64,000 nucleotides of DNA from Blepharisma stoltei ATCC 30299. Taxonomy: Eukaryota > Protista > Ciliophora. Position 1 is the stretch's first letter, and each line of letters begins with the position of its first letter. Below are positions 1-12,393 of the stretch, piece after piece. A program made the position numbers and the translations under genes. The notes beneath the pieces were generated by a model. That model was not told the origin of the DNA and ran no database searches. It worked only from the letters and a program-made list of their open reading frames with translations. Location: positions 496,001-560,000 of the forward strand of contig CBFDEM010000058.1 of assembly GCA_965603825.1 (NCBI GenBank). The letters are read 5' to 3'.

Positions 1-1190
1 CTTCAATGCTTCACATCATTAAAAACTGATCTATGATTGCTTTCTTTTCTTTCCAAAATAAAAATTCGAAGTATTTCTGCTATATTTTCATTAAAAAATA
101 CTGCACCTTCATTTTCTGGCTCCTTTTTACAGTCTATGCACATTGGCTTCATGGAGTCAGATTTAATTGTGATGTCAGTTATTTTTGGGTGTTTATAGCA
201 TCGAATTTGATGGAATAAAATAAAATCAGTTATTAGTCTGGATTGCTTAAAGTAAGATTCAGGATGTAATTGAGTGCAGAATCTGCAATTTGAGGTTGAA
301 AAACCTGCATCGCTTACGCAGTTTAGGCATAAGGTATTTAAACAAGGAAGGATTTTGGGAGATTGAAGAGTTAAATTGAATTGAGTATTACATCCCAGAC
401 ATTTAGGAATTTTTTCTCAGAAATATCGTATAGAAGTGTCGGGAAAGGTATCGAAGTCTATAGGACAATAATATCTTGAGTTTATTTTTGAATTCTCCAA
501 ACACCTTTGACATATTAAATGCTTTTTTAAACAGGGTATTCTTATCCTCTCAGTTTCTGAGTCACATTTTTCGCATGTGTTTGGTGAAAATAGCCTCACT
601 TGATTAGTTCTAATTGATCAAAGGTCTTTGAGATATTGCATGAGTTTTCTTAGGGATAAGTCATAAATAGAGTTTTTATCATTTCTGAGCCTCTTAACAA
701 ATAAATCATCATCCTTACTTTCCCTTATATATTCTTTTATTTTCAAAATTAGCTTGCGATTTAGGTCCATCCGATTATCTTTAACCGCTTCTAGTCCACC
801 AATAGTGCGTTGGGGATCATCACTGTACCAAGCCCCTGTTTGGATGTCAATAAAAGTGACTGGCAGACCATCGCTGGTATTAGGAATTATTTTATCAAAC
901 TCTAGTAAATCAGTGAAAATTTCCGCTTGGGTTTGCTTTGACAGTCTTTTATATAAAATGCATTGCTCAAGCCTTTCAGGAGGTAATTGATTTTTATATT
1001 CATTATAAAACAATTCCACAAGTTGATACCTCAGATGCTTGAATTCTTTTGAATCTGCCCTAATTAAGTGGTCCTCTTTTGAAGAGTGATTTTTACAGGT
1101 ATCGCAGATAAACTCTTTAGATGTTCTGCAATACGAAATTGCAAGCTCATTTTGATGATTCCTACAAAAACCAAAATTTTCAGAGTCCAT
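1..1190 (-). CDS. B-box/RING zinc-finger protein (3' end runs off the window)
   Basis: ORFs 618-1244 and 417-599 join in frame via TGA=Trp and the frame stays open to base 1. B-box-like CRNHQNELAISYCRTSKEFICDTCKNH; RING-like CEKC..IPCLKKHLICQRC..CPID and CLGC..LPCLNTLCLNC..CRFC. ATG taken at 1190. Confidence 0.75.
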
Positions 1191-1431
1191 ATTTCTATTA
1201 TTTTTATTAAATCGATTTTGAATATTCTGATGAGAATGATCCAATATTAAATGCAGTAAAACACCCTTTCTTGATAGCTTAATTTTTAACTCTAATAAAA
1301 TTTATCTGAAATTCAAGAAAATATCCATTCGATACTAATTTTATCTTCTAATTTATTTCTATTTAATTTTCTATAAGCTTTTCCACGCTTTCCCTTTTAA
1401 TTCATTCGAACGAATTTCCATTAAAATTCAT

Positions 1432-3843
1432 ATGATCGCCCCAAAGGTCTCTCGGACCAACTCCATTCAAGAAATAAAAGATCTAGAAGAGCCTTCAAAT
1501 AATCTGGGAGATAACCAAACAACTTTTTATAATATCGATACAGATCGAGACAACAAGACCCCCAAGCCTGCACTCAACTTTCGCAGCAAAGTTGTCGAAA
1601 TTCTTGATTCCTACTACATGATGTGCTTTATGGGCGTTTTATCAATTTGAACATTATTTGGTGATGATATTCGTACAGCCGCTTGCACAAAATCAGATGA
1701 CGATACTTTCTACGCAGTTGCAACTGCTTGCTTTTCAGTTTTTGGATTCGAATTTCTTGTATGTTGTGCATGTAAGGACAAGTATATTTTCTCCTTCTAT
1801 TTCTGGCTTGATTTGGTATCCACACTTTCATTAATTCCTGATATAGGATGGATGTGGGATCCAATTATAGGAGTTGACGAAAATGATGAAGGAGGCGAAT
1901 CAGTCTATAAGCAAGCTAACCAGCAGTCAAGCTTCGCTACAAGTGCAGCCAAGGTGCTAAGAATTGTAAGGCTGATAAGGCTGATTCGTATTGTGAGGCT
2001 TTATAAAAGTGCATCCTCGGCTATTGAGAAGCATGAGTCAGATAGTGAAGATGAAGAAGAAGTCATAATTCCCAAGGAATCACAAGTAGGAAAAAGGCTC
2101 AGTGATTTGACTATAAAAAGAGTGATTATTATCATTCTATGTCTGTTATTTATACTCCCGTTTTTTGATACTGAAATGTATTTAACCAATTATACCAGCT
2201 GGGACTATGGGATTCAAGAAATTGAAGCTTTTAAAGGGAACACTGATGTAGCTACAGTTATAAATGAGTACATCTCGTACCACGAAGACGACAGAAGGCC
2301 AATTATATATTTCATTATCGTTGTACCAAAAATTCAGTTGTTTTACAGTTGGTCCAGCTCTACTCAAATATCGGACTTACGGTATAATGAGAAGCATTTT
2401 GCAACTGGAGACTTTTCAGTTGCGGTGTTTGACCTGAGAGAAGACACAAAATTTGCAGCACAATTAAATATATGCCAAACAATTTTCATTTGCATTGTAC
2501 TGACCTTAGGGGCTATTTATTTCTCAAAAGATGCGGAAGATCTTGTTATTAAACCGATCGAAAAAATGGTCGAAAGGGTGCATTTCATAGCAAAAAACCC
2601 TATATCAGCAGCCCATAAGAGGCACGAGTCTGCATATGATGTAATTTTAAAGCAAAAAAAGAAGTTTTTATGCTTCAAATTAAAAGACAATGAAGATAAA
2701 GCTAAATTTGAAATCGCTCTATTAGAAGATACCATTATAAAAATCGGTGTTTTATTAGCGCTTGGCTTCGGTGAAGCTGGAGGTGCTATAATTGCATCAA
2801 ATATGGAAAAAGGTGGAGATCTAGAACTTGTAAAGGGTAATAAAATTGTTGCAGTTTTTGGGTTTTGTGATATAAGAAACTTCACTGACTCTACAGAAGA
2901 GCTTCAAGAAGCTGTTATGGTTTTTGTCAACGAAATCGCGCGAATTGTCCATTCAATGGTTGATACTTATCACGGAGCTGCCAATAAAAATATTGGAGAC
3001 GCATTTTTACTTGTATGGAAATTTTCAGAAAAAGATTTTGCAGCTACAAATGATGGAGGAATCCAAGCAAACCCAGACTCAATGAAAGCTAAATACATCC
3101 CCGATTTAGCCTTGTTTTCATTCTTGAAAATTTTAGCTAAAATTAATAAAGATCCGGTGATCCTCAAATATAGAGAGCATACCAAGCTGAATTTAAGAAT
3201 GCCGAACTATGAAGTAAAAATGGGCTTTGGGCTGCATATAGGCTGGGCTATTGAAGGAGCTATTGGAAGCCAGTTCAAAATTGATGCAAGCTATTTATCA
3301 CCACATGTAAACATGGCATCAAGATTTGAAGCTGCAACAAAACAATATGGAGTCCCTCTATTATTTAGCGGGTCTTTATATGACTATTTGAGTCCTAATG
3401 TTCAAGCTTACTGTAGACATATTGATACAGTAACTGTGAAGGGAAGTATTCTTCCTATCAGAATCTATACAAGTGATTCCGATTTTTCTGAATTTACACC
3501 ATCGAAAGGAAGGGAGAGAACCAAGCAGCAGTCAAGGCACAAGAGAAGAATTCTTGAGAAAAAATTGGAAAGCGAAACGTTGAAGTCTTATGAACTTTAT
3601 GAGCTTTCTAAGGAAATTCAATTGATGAAAAAGCCTTTTACAAGAGAATTTTACAGAGTTTTTGCTGATGGAATGAAAGGGTATATTGAAGGGAAATGGA
3701 ATGATGCTAAAGAAAGATTTGAAGAATGCTTAAAATTGAGGCCAAGAGATGGGCCATCTCTAACTCTTTTAGGAGTTATGTCAGAGTGTGACTTTGAAGT
3801 CCCGAATGATTGGAAAGGCTATAGAGTTTTAACTGAAAAATAA
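1432..3843 (+). CDS. Ion-channel voltage-sensor / class III adenylyl cyclase fusion (alveolate AC-alpha type), ~803 aa
   Basis: ORFs 1432 and 1813 are one frame through TGA 1648. S4-like LRIVRLIRLIRIVRLYK; cyclase motifs GFCDIRNFTD, NKNIGDAFLLVW, MGFGLHIGWAIEGAIGS, KIDASYLSPHVNMASRFEA; TPR-like C-terminus. Confidence 0.93.
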
Positions 3844-4609
3844 GCTTTCATAAATAGAACAGTTTTTAAATATGATCATTTGCATAAAAATGTAATTTAA
3901 AAGCGAAGCTAATTCAATATTAAATTTATTTCATAAATCCTCAAACTTTTTTACTTCTTATTTCTTAAAAAATTTTTAATGAGCCAAAGAGTCGGTATTG
4001 AAATTTAAAAAAGATAGCAAAGCTCAATGCTTTTATCTTATTTGGAATAATTCATGTGTATCTATTTGCTAAAAACCCTATCCAATCATTGTTAGGATAA
4101 GCATTCATGCAGCCAGTTTGCAATAAGGGTTTTCTTAGAATAAACCCATAAGGCTGCAATTTGACCATGCTTTTTTTTAGTCCGACCAAAATTGATCAAT
4201 TTGGTTTGACCAAAATAAAACCCTCGTGCATAATCACTGCCTTATGTGGTTATTATAAGGAAAAGCCTATATGTTCATATGCAAGCCTTCATATATAGGA
4301 ATAATCTGTTTAATTTGTGTGTTTGCGAAGTCCCGATATTTGTTTTAAAAAAATTACCATAGAAAAATTAAAAACATAATTTGCTTGAGTACTGAATGCG
4401 ACAGTTTATATTATTAACTTGATAATTAATTCGTAGAGGGCTGATATAAGTGATGACATTAAATGCACATAGCAGCAGTTTATCAAGATCACAGGCTCCA
4501 AATATACAAAAAATCCTTGACTTATCTTTATTTTGCAATTTCCATAATCATTTATAGATCCATCTCTGATTTCAACAGCTTAGATACAAAAAATCTGGTT
4601 AAAATTAAG

Positions 4610-5494
4610 ATGGAAAATTCCACTTCTAATTCAGATCTTAACAGCTATTTTATAGAAGACTCAATCGAGACTCCTAAACAAAACAAACATTGGTGAACTC
4701 CAGAAGAAGATGAGATGCTCAAAGAGCTTGTTTCCCAATTCGGGGCAAAAAACTGGAAAGAAATTGCGCGTTTCTTTGAAAACAGAACAGATGTCCAATG
4801 CTTACACAGATGGCAAAAGGTGCTGAGCCCAGGGCTTGTAAAAGGCCAATGAACCAAAGAAGAAGACGAAATCGTCATCCGTTTAGTAAAAAAATACGGG
4901 CCACGGTATTGAAGTACAATAGCCAGTAATTTGCCAGGAAGAATCGGTAAGCAGTGCAGAGAAAGGTGGCACAACCATCTAAATCCAAATATCAAACGAG
5001 ATAATTGGACCACAGAAGAAGACATTATCATAATTAACTCACATGCAGAGCTTGGCAACCGTTGAGCTGAGATTGCTAAACGGCTACCAGGCAGAACAGA
5101 TAATGCAATTAAAAACCACTGAAACTCGACGTTAAAAAGAAAAATGAAATTGCTTAAAAAGGATTATTTAGGTGAAGCTGGAACTCCTTGCAAAAAACAA
5201 AAATTCGAAGATCCCACAATGGAGGTCTTGAAAAGTCAAATGCTTAAAAATAATGAAAATTATAACGAATTGAGTGGAGAAGAGAGTATAAAAACTTTGG
5301 CGACCCCTGAAAAAAGAAAAGAACTAGAACAAGTACAGGAAAATTTCACACCTTTGAGACAGCAGCCAGCGCAGGTTCTATATTATGTGTCACCAGACTA
5401 CGAAGAGTTAATCGTTGACAAAACAATTACGTCCCAGCAAATAATTCAAAGCATCGAGCAGCAGGCGAAACTCTTATGAATTGAATCTAATTAA
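4610..5494 (+). CDS. R1R2R3-Myb transcription factor, ~294 aa
   Basis: Three Myb repeats: [87 protein letters not shown]. Conserved Trp encoded by TGA at 4694, 4850, 4910, 5063, 5120. Stop TAA 5492-5494. Confidence 0.95.
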
Positions 5495-5518
5495 ATCGAT
5501 TTCCAAAATTATTTTACA

Positions 5519-6931
5519 TTAATTATCCAAAAATTGTTCTAAAGCTGCAGCTTGGCATTGAACATAGTTTAGCCAATCCTTTGTAGCATTAATGTGTTCC
5601 TTCATTTCAACGAGTTCTAGTTTTTGCTCAAGCTGGTTTAAAATATCTGAATTATCTGTTTTTTCGTCAATGTCTGGCAAAATGTTATTAAAAATTGATT
5701 TGCTTCTGTCCACTGGAGATTCCAGTGCACTTAAAATTCGTGAGTTTGTAGCGTAGCTTATTGACGTGCAATAGGATCTTTCTACTGGCTGTTCTGCGCT
5801 TAATAATGCTTCATTTTCTTCAATTTCTAACTGGACAGATTCTATTCTATTATTTACAAATTCTTGCATGTTTTTTAAATTAAAACTTGCCTCTTCAATA
5901 TTCCCACTCTCCAATAATTCAGAAACATATAAAATAAATTCATCAGATGATCTCAATTCTGATAACAGAGTGATATTTTTGTTGATGGTTTCTTTGTATT
6001 TTTCTATAGCTTCTTCGCGCTCATTTTCAAGGCTATGGAATTTTGCTATAAAAGCTTCTTGGAGTTTATTTCCAAAAGATTTACGACTGTTTCTTGATAA
6101 AATTAACGATGAAAGCTCATGTATGGTTTGACTATTTTGGTCTTCTTTTAAGAGCTCATAGTTTTCTAGCTTCTCTTGAAGCTTTCTAATTGTTTCATTT
6201 GCATTTCCTAGATCTTGAACTAATAAAAATCTGTTTTGTTCAGAAATCTCATATTTCATCGTTATATTTTCTAATTCGTTATTTTCAATTTGAGCAGTTT
6301 TTAGCTTGCTTTGAAGTAATTCAATGATTTTTTTCTGAGACTTTAATTGTTGTGTTTGATTATTCAAAATTTCCTCTTTAACTTGAAGTTCAAGCTCAAC
6401 CGCCTTCAGTGTTAAATTTTTTTCTTTTAAAACTTTTTCAAGCTCTTCAATTCTGCTATTAAAATTTCAAGTCATTTGTTTATCAATTTCCAGATCTTTT
6501 CCTATTAATTTCGGTCGATTTGGGATGTGTAACTTATCTTCTCCTTTATGGATCCTTATTGATTCGCATGACCTTCCTCGCTTTACTACAGGACTTCGGA
6601 TGCTTTGGGCTGTTCCTTCTTCGCCGACAGTCTCATTGACATCTAATTCATCAAGAATTTTTTGTTTTTTCTTTATTTTTCGTTTGGTTCTTTCATGATT
6701 CAGTTTAGACTTGTAGATTATATCAATATCTTGGGGCTTTGGGATCTCTTCGTCCTCAAGAGTGTCAAGAACTGAAATTTGTTGATACACTCTGCTGTCG
6801 TTTGAAGGGAGTTGAAAATCTCGTGATGTAAGGGCCGCTCGACTTTGAACTAGTCCTTCTAAAAAGCGGCTGCTTGAAATGATGCTCGCGGTTGATGGAG
6901 TGGAGGATGTTTTTTGGTGTCTTTTATTCAT
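5519..6931 (-). CDS. Coiled-coil protein of unknown function, ~470 aa
   Basis: ORFs 6467-6931 and 5519-6367 are in the same frame, joined by TGA at 6467; E/K/L/Q-rich heptads. Confidence 0.75.
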
Positions 6932-7527
6932 TATTATTTAAATTTCTTATGCCTCAAACAGGCTTTAAAGTGCTAGCCAAATTAATTAGGATTATAAATT
7001 GCGAAATATATATAGGATTCCTATAAGCAGAAAATTATCTTGATATAGTTGAATCGTTGTGAAGAACCTTAAAGAAAATTAAAATGGAATTATTTTTATT
7101 TTAAATAATGAAATTATATTAGGCTAGAAGATTGTTATAGATAGAGATTGATCGCATAAATTGTTAATATTAAAGAAAATATAAAATTGCAAAAAGGAAA
7201 TTATATAGCCATTATAAAAAACTAAAATCCAATATTTCCTTACTGTTAAATTTAATTAACAAAAATTAGTTATATTTGAAATAATTAAGTTAGCCCTTTA
7301 ATATTTTAAGTTCTTCTTACTCAATGTATCTTTTGTGATTCACTCATTATAACTCTATTCATCAAAAAATACTAATTTTAATTCAGCCATAATAATTTTT
7401 ATTTGAATAATTAAATTTGAAATAGCAATACTCGATAAAATGACTCCTAACCCAATCTCTCATGCTTAATTTCTATATCTAATAATTATGCTTTATTATT
7501 AACCTTCACCTTCCATTTACATAAAAT

Positions 7528-7956
7528 ATGCTTATCTACGTGAGGGACTTGGATAGCCTCCAAGCATATGAATTCTCCCCAGATACAAGAATTGAAGAAA
7601 TCATCACATCTGCAGAATGCGACAGTCTTCAATGGGGTGGCCGTGCTTTACGCTCAGAGCTTACTCTTGCTGACTATGGCATAACTAATGAAAGCACTTT
7701 GGAAGCTTTATTAGCCCTAGAGGGAGGTAAAAGGAAAAAGAAAAAGAAAGTTTACACTACTCCTAAGAAAAAAGCTCATAAAAAAAAGAAAGTTAAACTC
7801 GCTGTTCTCAACATATATAAAGTTGATAAAAGTGAAAAAGTCACCAGAACTAAGCGTGCATGCGAAAAATGTGGAGCTGGAACTTTTATGGCAAAGCATT
7901 TTAACAGACACTACTGTGGAAAGTGCCATGCTACCCAACTTTTCTCACAAGCTTAA
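7528..7956 (+). CDS. RPS27A: Ubiquitin-like domain fused to 40S ribosomal protein eS31/S27a
   Basis: [25 protein letters not shown] and zinc knuckle [22 protein letters not shown]; N-terminal 67 aa ubiquitin-like ([17 protein letters not shown]). Confidence 0.95.
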   Translation: MLIYVRDLDSLQAYEFSPDTRIEEIITSAECDSLQWGGRALRSELTLADYGITNESTLEALLALEGGKRKKKKKVYTTPKKKAHKKKKVKLAVLNIYKVDKSEKVTRTKRACEKCGAGTFMAKHFNRHYCGKCHATQLFSQA

Positions 7957-8766
7957 ATAACATAAGCAAATAGTTATAATTAAGAGTTTATAAGTATGAA
8001 TATAGTCAATCAATGCATGAGCTTACTGTGACATGCTTAATTAATTGAATCTAATTGCATGGAGTTAAAATCTCTTTAATTTAAATTGAAGTGCTGAGCT
8101 CAATTTAAACAGTAGCTTAGAGTAAAGAGGTACTAGAGATTCGATGATAATAGACTCTAAAGCTTCCTGTATGCGAACTATGTGTCAAGTATAAAAGACC
8201 TTTGATTTGAGCTATATGCTTTTTTGGGGATGATCGACCTAGTAATTCAAAAAAATGTATTGATGAAACATCTTTTTAATTTTAAATCACCCTACTAAAA
8301 TCTGCTTCTGTGCATTTTTTATAATCTTAATTAGCATTAGCGCTAATTAAATATATAAAATTTAATTTAGCATGCAAAAAATCTTTAAAATGCTCTAAAT
8401 TTTGAGAATTAAAAGTTTAATAATGATTTAAAAAAACTTAATAAATTATAAAGAATTCAGGTTTCTTCTATATTAATTATTTAAGCTGAAATCAAAAAAT
8501 CTGGATATTTGCTTAATGGCGTATGAGATTTTCTGTAGCAGCTCCCTACAGAACTACTAAAATTTCAGTGATTAAGAGCTGATATATGTGCTGATTCAAT
8601 TCTTGGTGTAGAACTTGGCGTTTTAATACTAGATAGAGTTTTGGCTTGAAGTCTAAATAACTGCAATAATATATAGGATGCTGTGCCATTAATCAATTAA
8701 TGTGAAATACTATGAGATATTATAAGAACAATGATTAATTTCTTAATTTTAAACTTTAGAGATAGT

Positions 8767-9525
8767 TTAACTAGGAAACTTTTTTTTCCTATGTTCTTTG
8801 CAATGATCTTGCCTTGGCTTTTCTATTGCTTCTATTTTTCCGCAATCTATACATATCTGATGGCTATTTATGTACCCAAATTCAGTTGTACCAAGAGATA
8901 AGCTACAGTTTGGGCACACATCAGGTCCAGAATTTATAGCGCAAAAATCACAGATTTCTCTACAAATCCATATAGTGAAAAATCCATACCCACGAGTGGT
9001 TTCACATCTTACGCATCTATTGAATGGATTTGGGAATATTTCAATTTGATCGACATTAGCATGATTTCTTTTTATATAAAAATCCTCAAATCAGTCCATA
9101 ACAGCCCCAATGCAACTTTTATCGAAATAGTAGTATAATTTTAAGTCCTTATTATAATGTAGTGCCAAAGAATTGAAAGTTCTGAAGTATAAACCAATTT
9201 GGTCAAGGATCTCACGTGATTCTCCAAACAAAAATAAAAACTTTGATTCAGTTCCGTTTATCACGGAATCAATAGCATAATCAAACTGAACTTCTTTGTT
9301 AGAATTTTCTGGTAGATGAATCTCTATATTTTGGCAGTTAATAGCCTTTCTGTTAGTCAAGTTTTGAGGTAATTTATAGCCTAGGCGTGATAAATGATTT
9401 TTATAATTCGCTATTTTATCAAAGCAGAAAGCTTGAGTTGCTTCAAATTTAAATGGAAAACCTGTAATCACAAATAACTCTGCCAATCCAAGTTTTATGT
9501 TATAACAGATATATCCGTCCTCCAT
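8767..9525 (-). CDS. Hypothetical protein with Cys-rich (RING-like) C-terminus, ~252 aa
   Basis: ORF 9091-9525 continues through TGA into CVRC..ICREICDFC..CPNC..CIDC..HCKEH and ends at TAA 8767-8769. Confidence 0.65.
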
Positions 9526-9814
9526 GCTATATTTTTATTATAAACTATAATTCTATAATTATTCATAATAGGGAAGCAAATATAATTCGAGTATCCTTTA
9601 TCTAGCATAATGCAACACCTAACAAATTAAAATACTAAAAGCCCTTATTGTTAAATTGCAGGCTAACTTGCTAACTCAACAGAGTAAATTTCACTTGATA
9701 TTTCTATTTAATTTACTATGATAATCGAAAATTGGGATAATCTCCCAGCTAAAACTTTTATTAGAAGAAGATTTTTTGGATTATTATTTATTTCCTTTCT
9801 TAAATCACAAATCA

Positions 9815-10831
9815 TTAATTATTTACTGGTATCCCATTCATGTCATAAATAACTTGCATAATACTGCTCTGCTCATAGTGGTCAATGATCAAAATGTTTC
9901 CCACCCGGTATCCCTGAGCCTTCATATTTAGCCAGAATTGTGGTAAATAAGGGTTTCCACTATCAGCTAGCTCAATTAACGTATGAGGCTTCCCTAGCTC
10001 TGCACCTTGGAAAACTGTATCTGCATCAGGGGTTAAAGTCCATGAAACTTTAAATAATTCATTAGCCCATGTTCCATTCATATACTGCGCAACAGTAGCT
10101 GTATTGAAATTAATCATCGTTTTAATAACAGGGCTATCTGCATATGTATTATAAATGCATTCTCCAGGCCAAATTCCATCAGCGGCTCCACTTTCCATTG
10201 TCACAATTGCTCTTTTGCCACTATTTACCCAATCATTTAAAGTAAAGTTAAAAGCTGTATTAATAGGGTAAATATAATTTCCTAGAATCTGCAAAGCCAT
10301 GTTTTTAAGCTGTGCAATATTTGCTTGGGTTGGATATCCGTCAAAATGAGTCATTTCTACTATAACGACCTCTTTTGGATAATCTTGGAGATATTGAGAA
10401 ATATTTCCTAAAAGCTCGCTTATAGGACGGCCTTCTACATAATGATGAACGACCCAAGTTTGGGTTTTATTGTCCCATCCTGAGCGGACATCAAAATATC
10501 GCATTCCCCCTTTCATTTGATTGTAAAAAATTTGGTCTTGAGAGTGGGACCAGCCTTTGATTATCCAAGAGGTCGGGACAAATAAAGCTTCGCCTACTAC
10601 GGTTGCTGCTTCAATTCAAGGAGCTGAGTCGCCTGGCATAGGTGTTTCATCAAGCCAGTATGTTCCACTGTCGTGGGTTCCAGGAATTGTAAGCTGCTTT
10701 AAAGTTTTGGTCCCTATATATGGCAAGGAATCTCCGATTCAAGTCGCTGTATTCGGCCCGGTAGCTTGAGGGGACAAGGAAAAAATTAATGAATAACAGG
10801 AGAGGAAAAGAATGATTGTTTCAGTTTTCAT
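9815..10831 (-). CDS. Secreted PI-PLC X-domain (PLCXD-like) phosphodiesterase, ~338 aa
   Basis: Signal peptide MKTETIILFLSCYSLIFSL; LKQLTIPGTHDSGTY, Q..QMKGGMRYFDVR, EVVIVEMTH, NILIIDHY. Upstream extension of ORF 9815-10516 through TGA codons. Confidence 0.88.
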
Positions 10832-11010
10832 CTTTATTTGGGAGACTTAATTAGGCATGGGCATAGATTTAGATTACGAATATAATTGAAAATAGCATTA
10901 AATCCTAAAGTATTAAAGGATGTTTATCAGATAAATCAACAAAAAGGAATTCAGAGTTAGACAATCAATTATCGAAAAGAAAAAATTACCAGTCTGGTAT
11001 TTACGATATT

Positions 11011-11847
11011 TTATATTAAATCAATAAGTTTTACTCTTTCAATCTCAATACTTTTAGGTTTTTCCAATTTATGATTCCTGAGCTCAATATTGATTTTATT
11101 TTTAGCACTCACGACAGGCTCAAAATCACTTTTGACTCTTAAATTATAATAATCTTTCATCCTTGCTAGTTTTCAGTCATCTTTCTTTTTGATTCTAAAT
11201 ATGATTTACTTTGGAATTTCTACATCCCTAAACGAATGGAAAAATGGGTTCAATTTTTGTACGGCATTATCTTTAACCAAAGTGTCTCCAATAGAAAAAT
11301 CATAAGAATTATTCGGTTTTTCCTCTACTCTGGATAAGCTTGCAGAACCTCTTATCTGGGATAAATCGCTCATCAAGCTTTCGTCATTTAATATTTTTTT
11401 TCTTTTATGCTTTGGCGAATGCCCAACAAAATGCACTAGCATTACACCACTTTTTGATTTTTTGTGCATCACAGGCAGACATAAGTTCGGGTTTCTAGCT
11501 GAAACTTCTGTTGAAATCGGCTGTGTTGGTTCTATTTGAGAATTTTCAATCTTTATTTCAGCTTGAACTTGCTTATTTGTCTTATTAATTACGGGCTTTT
11601 GTGTTTGGACATAAGCGTCATGAAATGACTTTGATTTTTTAATTTTGGTTTTCTTGATGATTTGTTTGATATAGCATTCTTCTACTTCTCGATATTTCAT
11701 TAATGCTTCTTTAAGCTGCTGCTTTTCTTTTCATTCTAAATATTCCTTTTCTCTCCTTAAGCATTCTGTTTCGTGCCTGATATCTTTTGCTCTTTTATGT
11801 TTTTCTAACTTGTACTTTAAAACTACTCTTGGGTCAGGCCGCATCAT
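11011..11847 (-). CDS. Lys-rich hypothetical protein, one 15-nt intron (11195-11209), ~273 aa
   Basis: ORF 11206-11700 extends 5' to ATG 11847 via TGA. Its apparent TAA lies inside GTAAATCATATTTAG; the spliced frame runs to TAA 11011-11013. Confidence 0.7.
11195..11209 (-). other. 15-nt spliceosomal intron
   Basis: GTAAATCATATTTAG; removes an in-frame TAA. Confidence 0.8.
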
Positions 11848-12393
11848 TTTTAGGTATTATCATTATAACTGTAATTCACTTAAAGATTAGGGAAATTAGG
11901 AATAAAAGCTAGCAATTATCTTAAATCCACATAAAATTATAGAGATGATTGCTACTAGTAATTTTATGTTTTACCATTTCTTTTCTTTGTTCATTTAGTT
12001 TTGCAGATCTATTAGCATATTTAACTAAATAATGATTTAAAATTTCAAGTTTTCGAATAATCATAACTAGAAATTTGAATGTCATTTATAATTTCTAAAA
12101 TTATAGAAATGGAATCAAAATAATATAATCAATAGCAATCATTAAAATCTAATTTGCATACTAAGAAAGCGCACCTTGGTTTGCTATTTCGAGAGTTGCT
12201 TCCTGCTAATTAAACTAGTAAAATATCATTTGCCATTAGCTCATGATTCAAGTATAAGCACTTTCTTCTAATATTACAATAAATTCTTTTACATCTATTA
12301 AGCTAATCTTCAATATTTTCACTTAAATTTGCATTGTTGCTCTTAACTCTTGATTGGCATATATAAAATATTACTTCGTCATTATATTATAAA

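Noticed and set aside
4070-4100. Telomere-like AAAACCCTA / TGTTAGG as telomerase RNA template or chromosome end
   Set aside because: Only partial matches to the heterotrich CCCTAACA repeat; no tandem array and no 1.5-repeat template.
4645-5058. 137-aa minus-strand ORF and the other antisense ORFs in the track (e.g. 2517-2885, 12432-12675, 16203-16553, 19109-19480, 47368-47814, 50322-50723, 60241-60621)
   Set aside because: Shadows of real genes on the opposite strand; no motifs of their own.
4694-5122. In-frame TGA as selenocysteine or cysteine
   Set aside because: Positions align to invariant Trp in Myb, Rab, WW and RING families, not to catalytic Cys.
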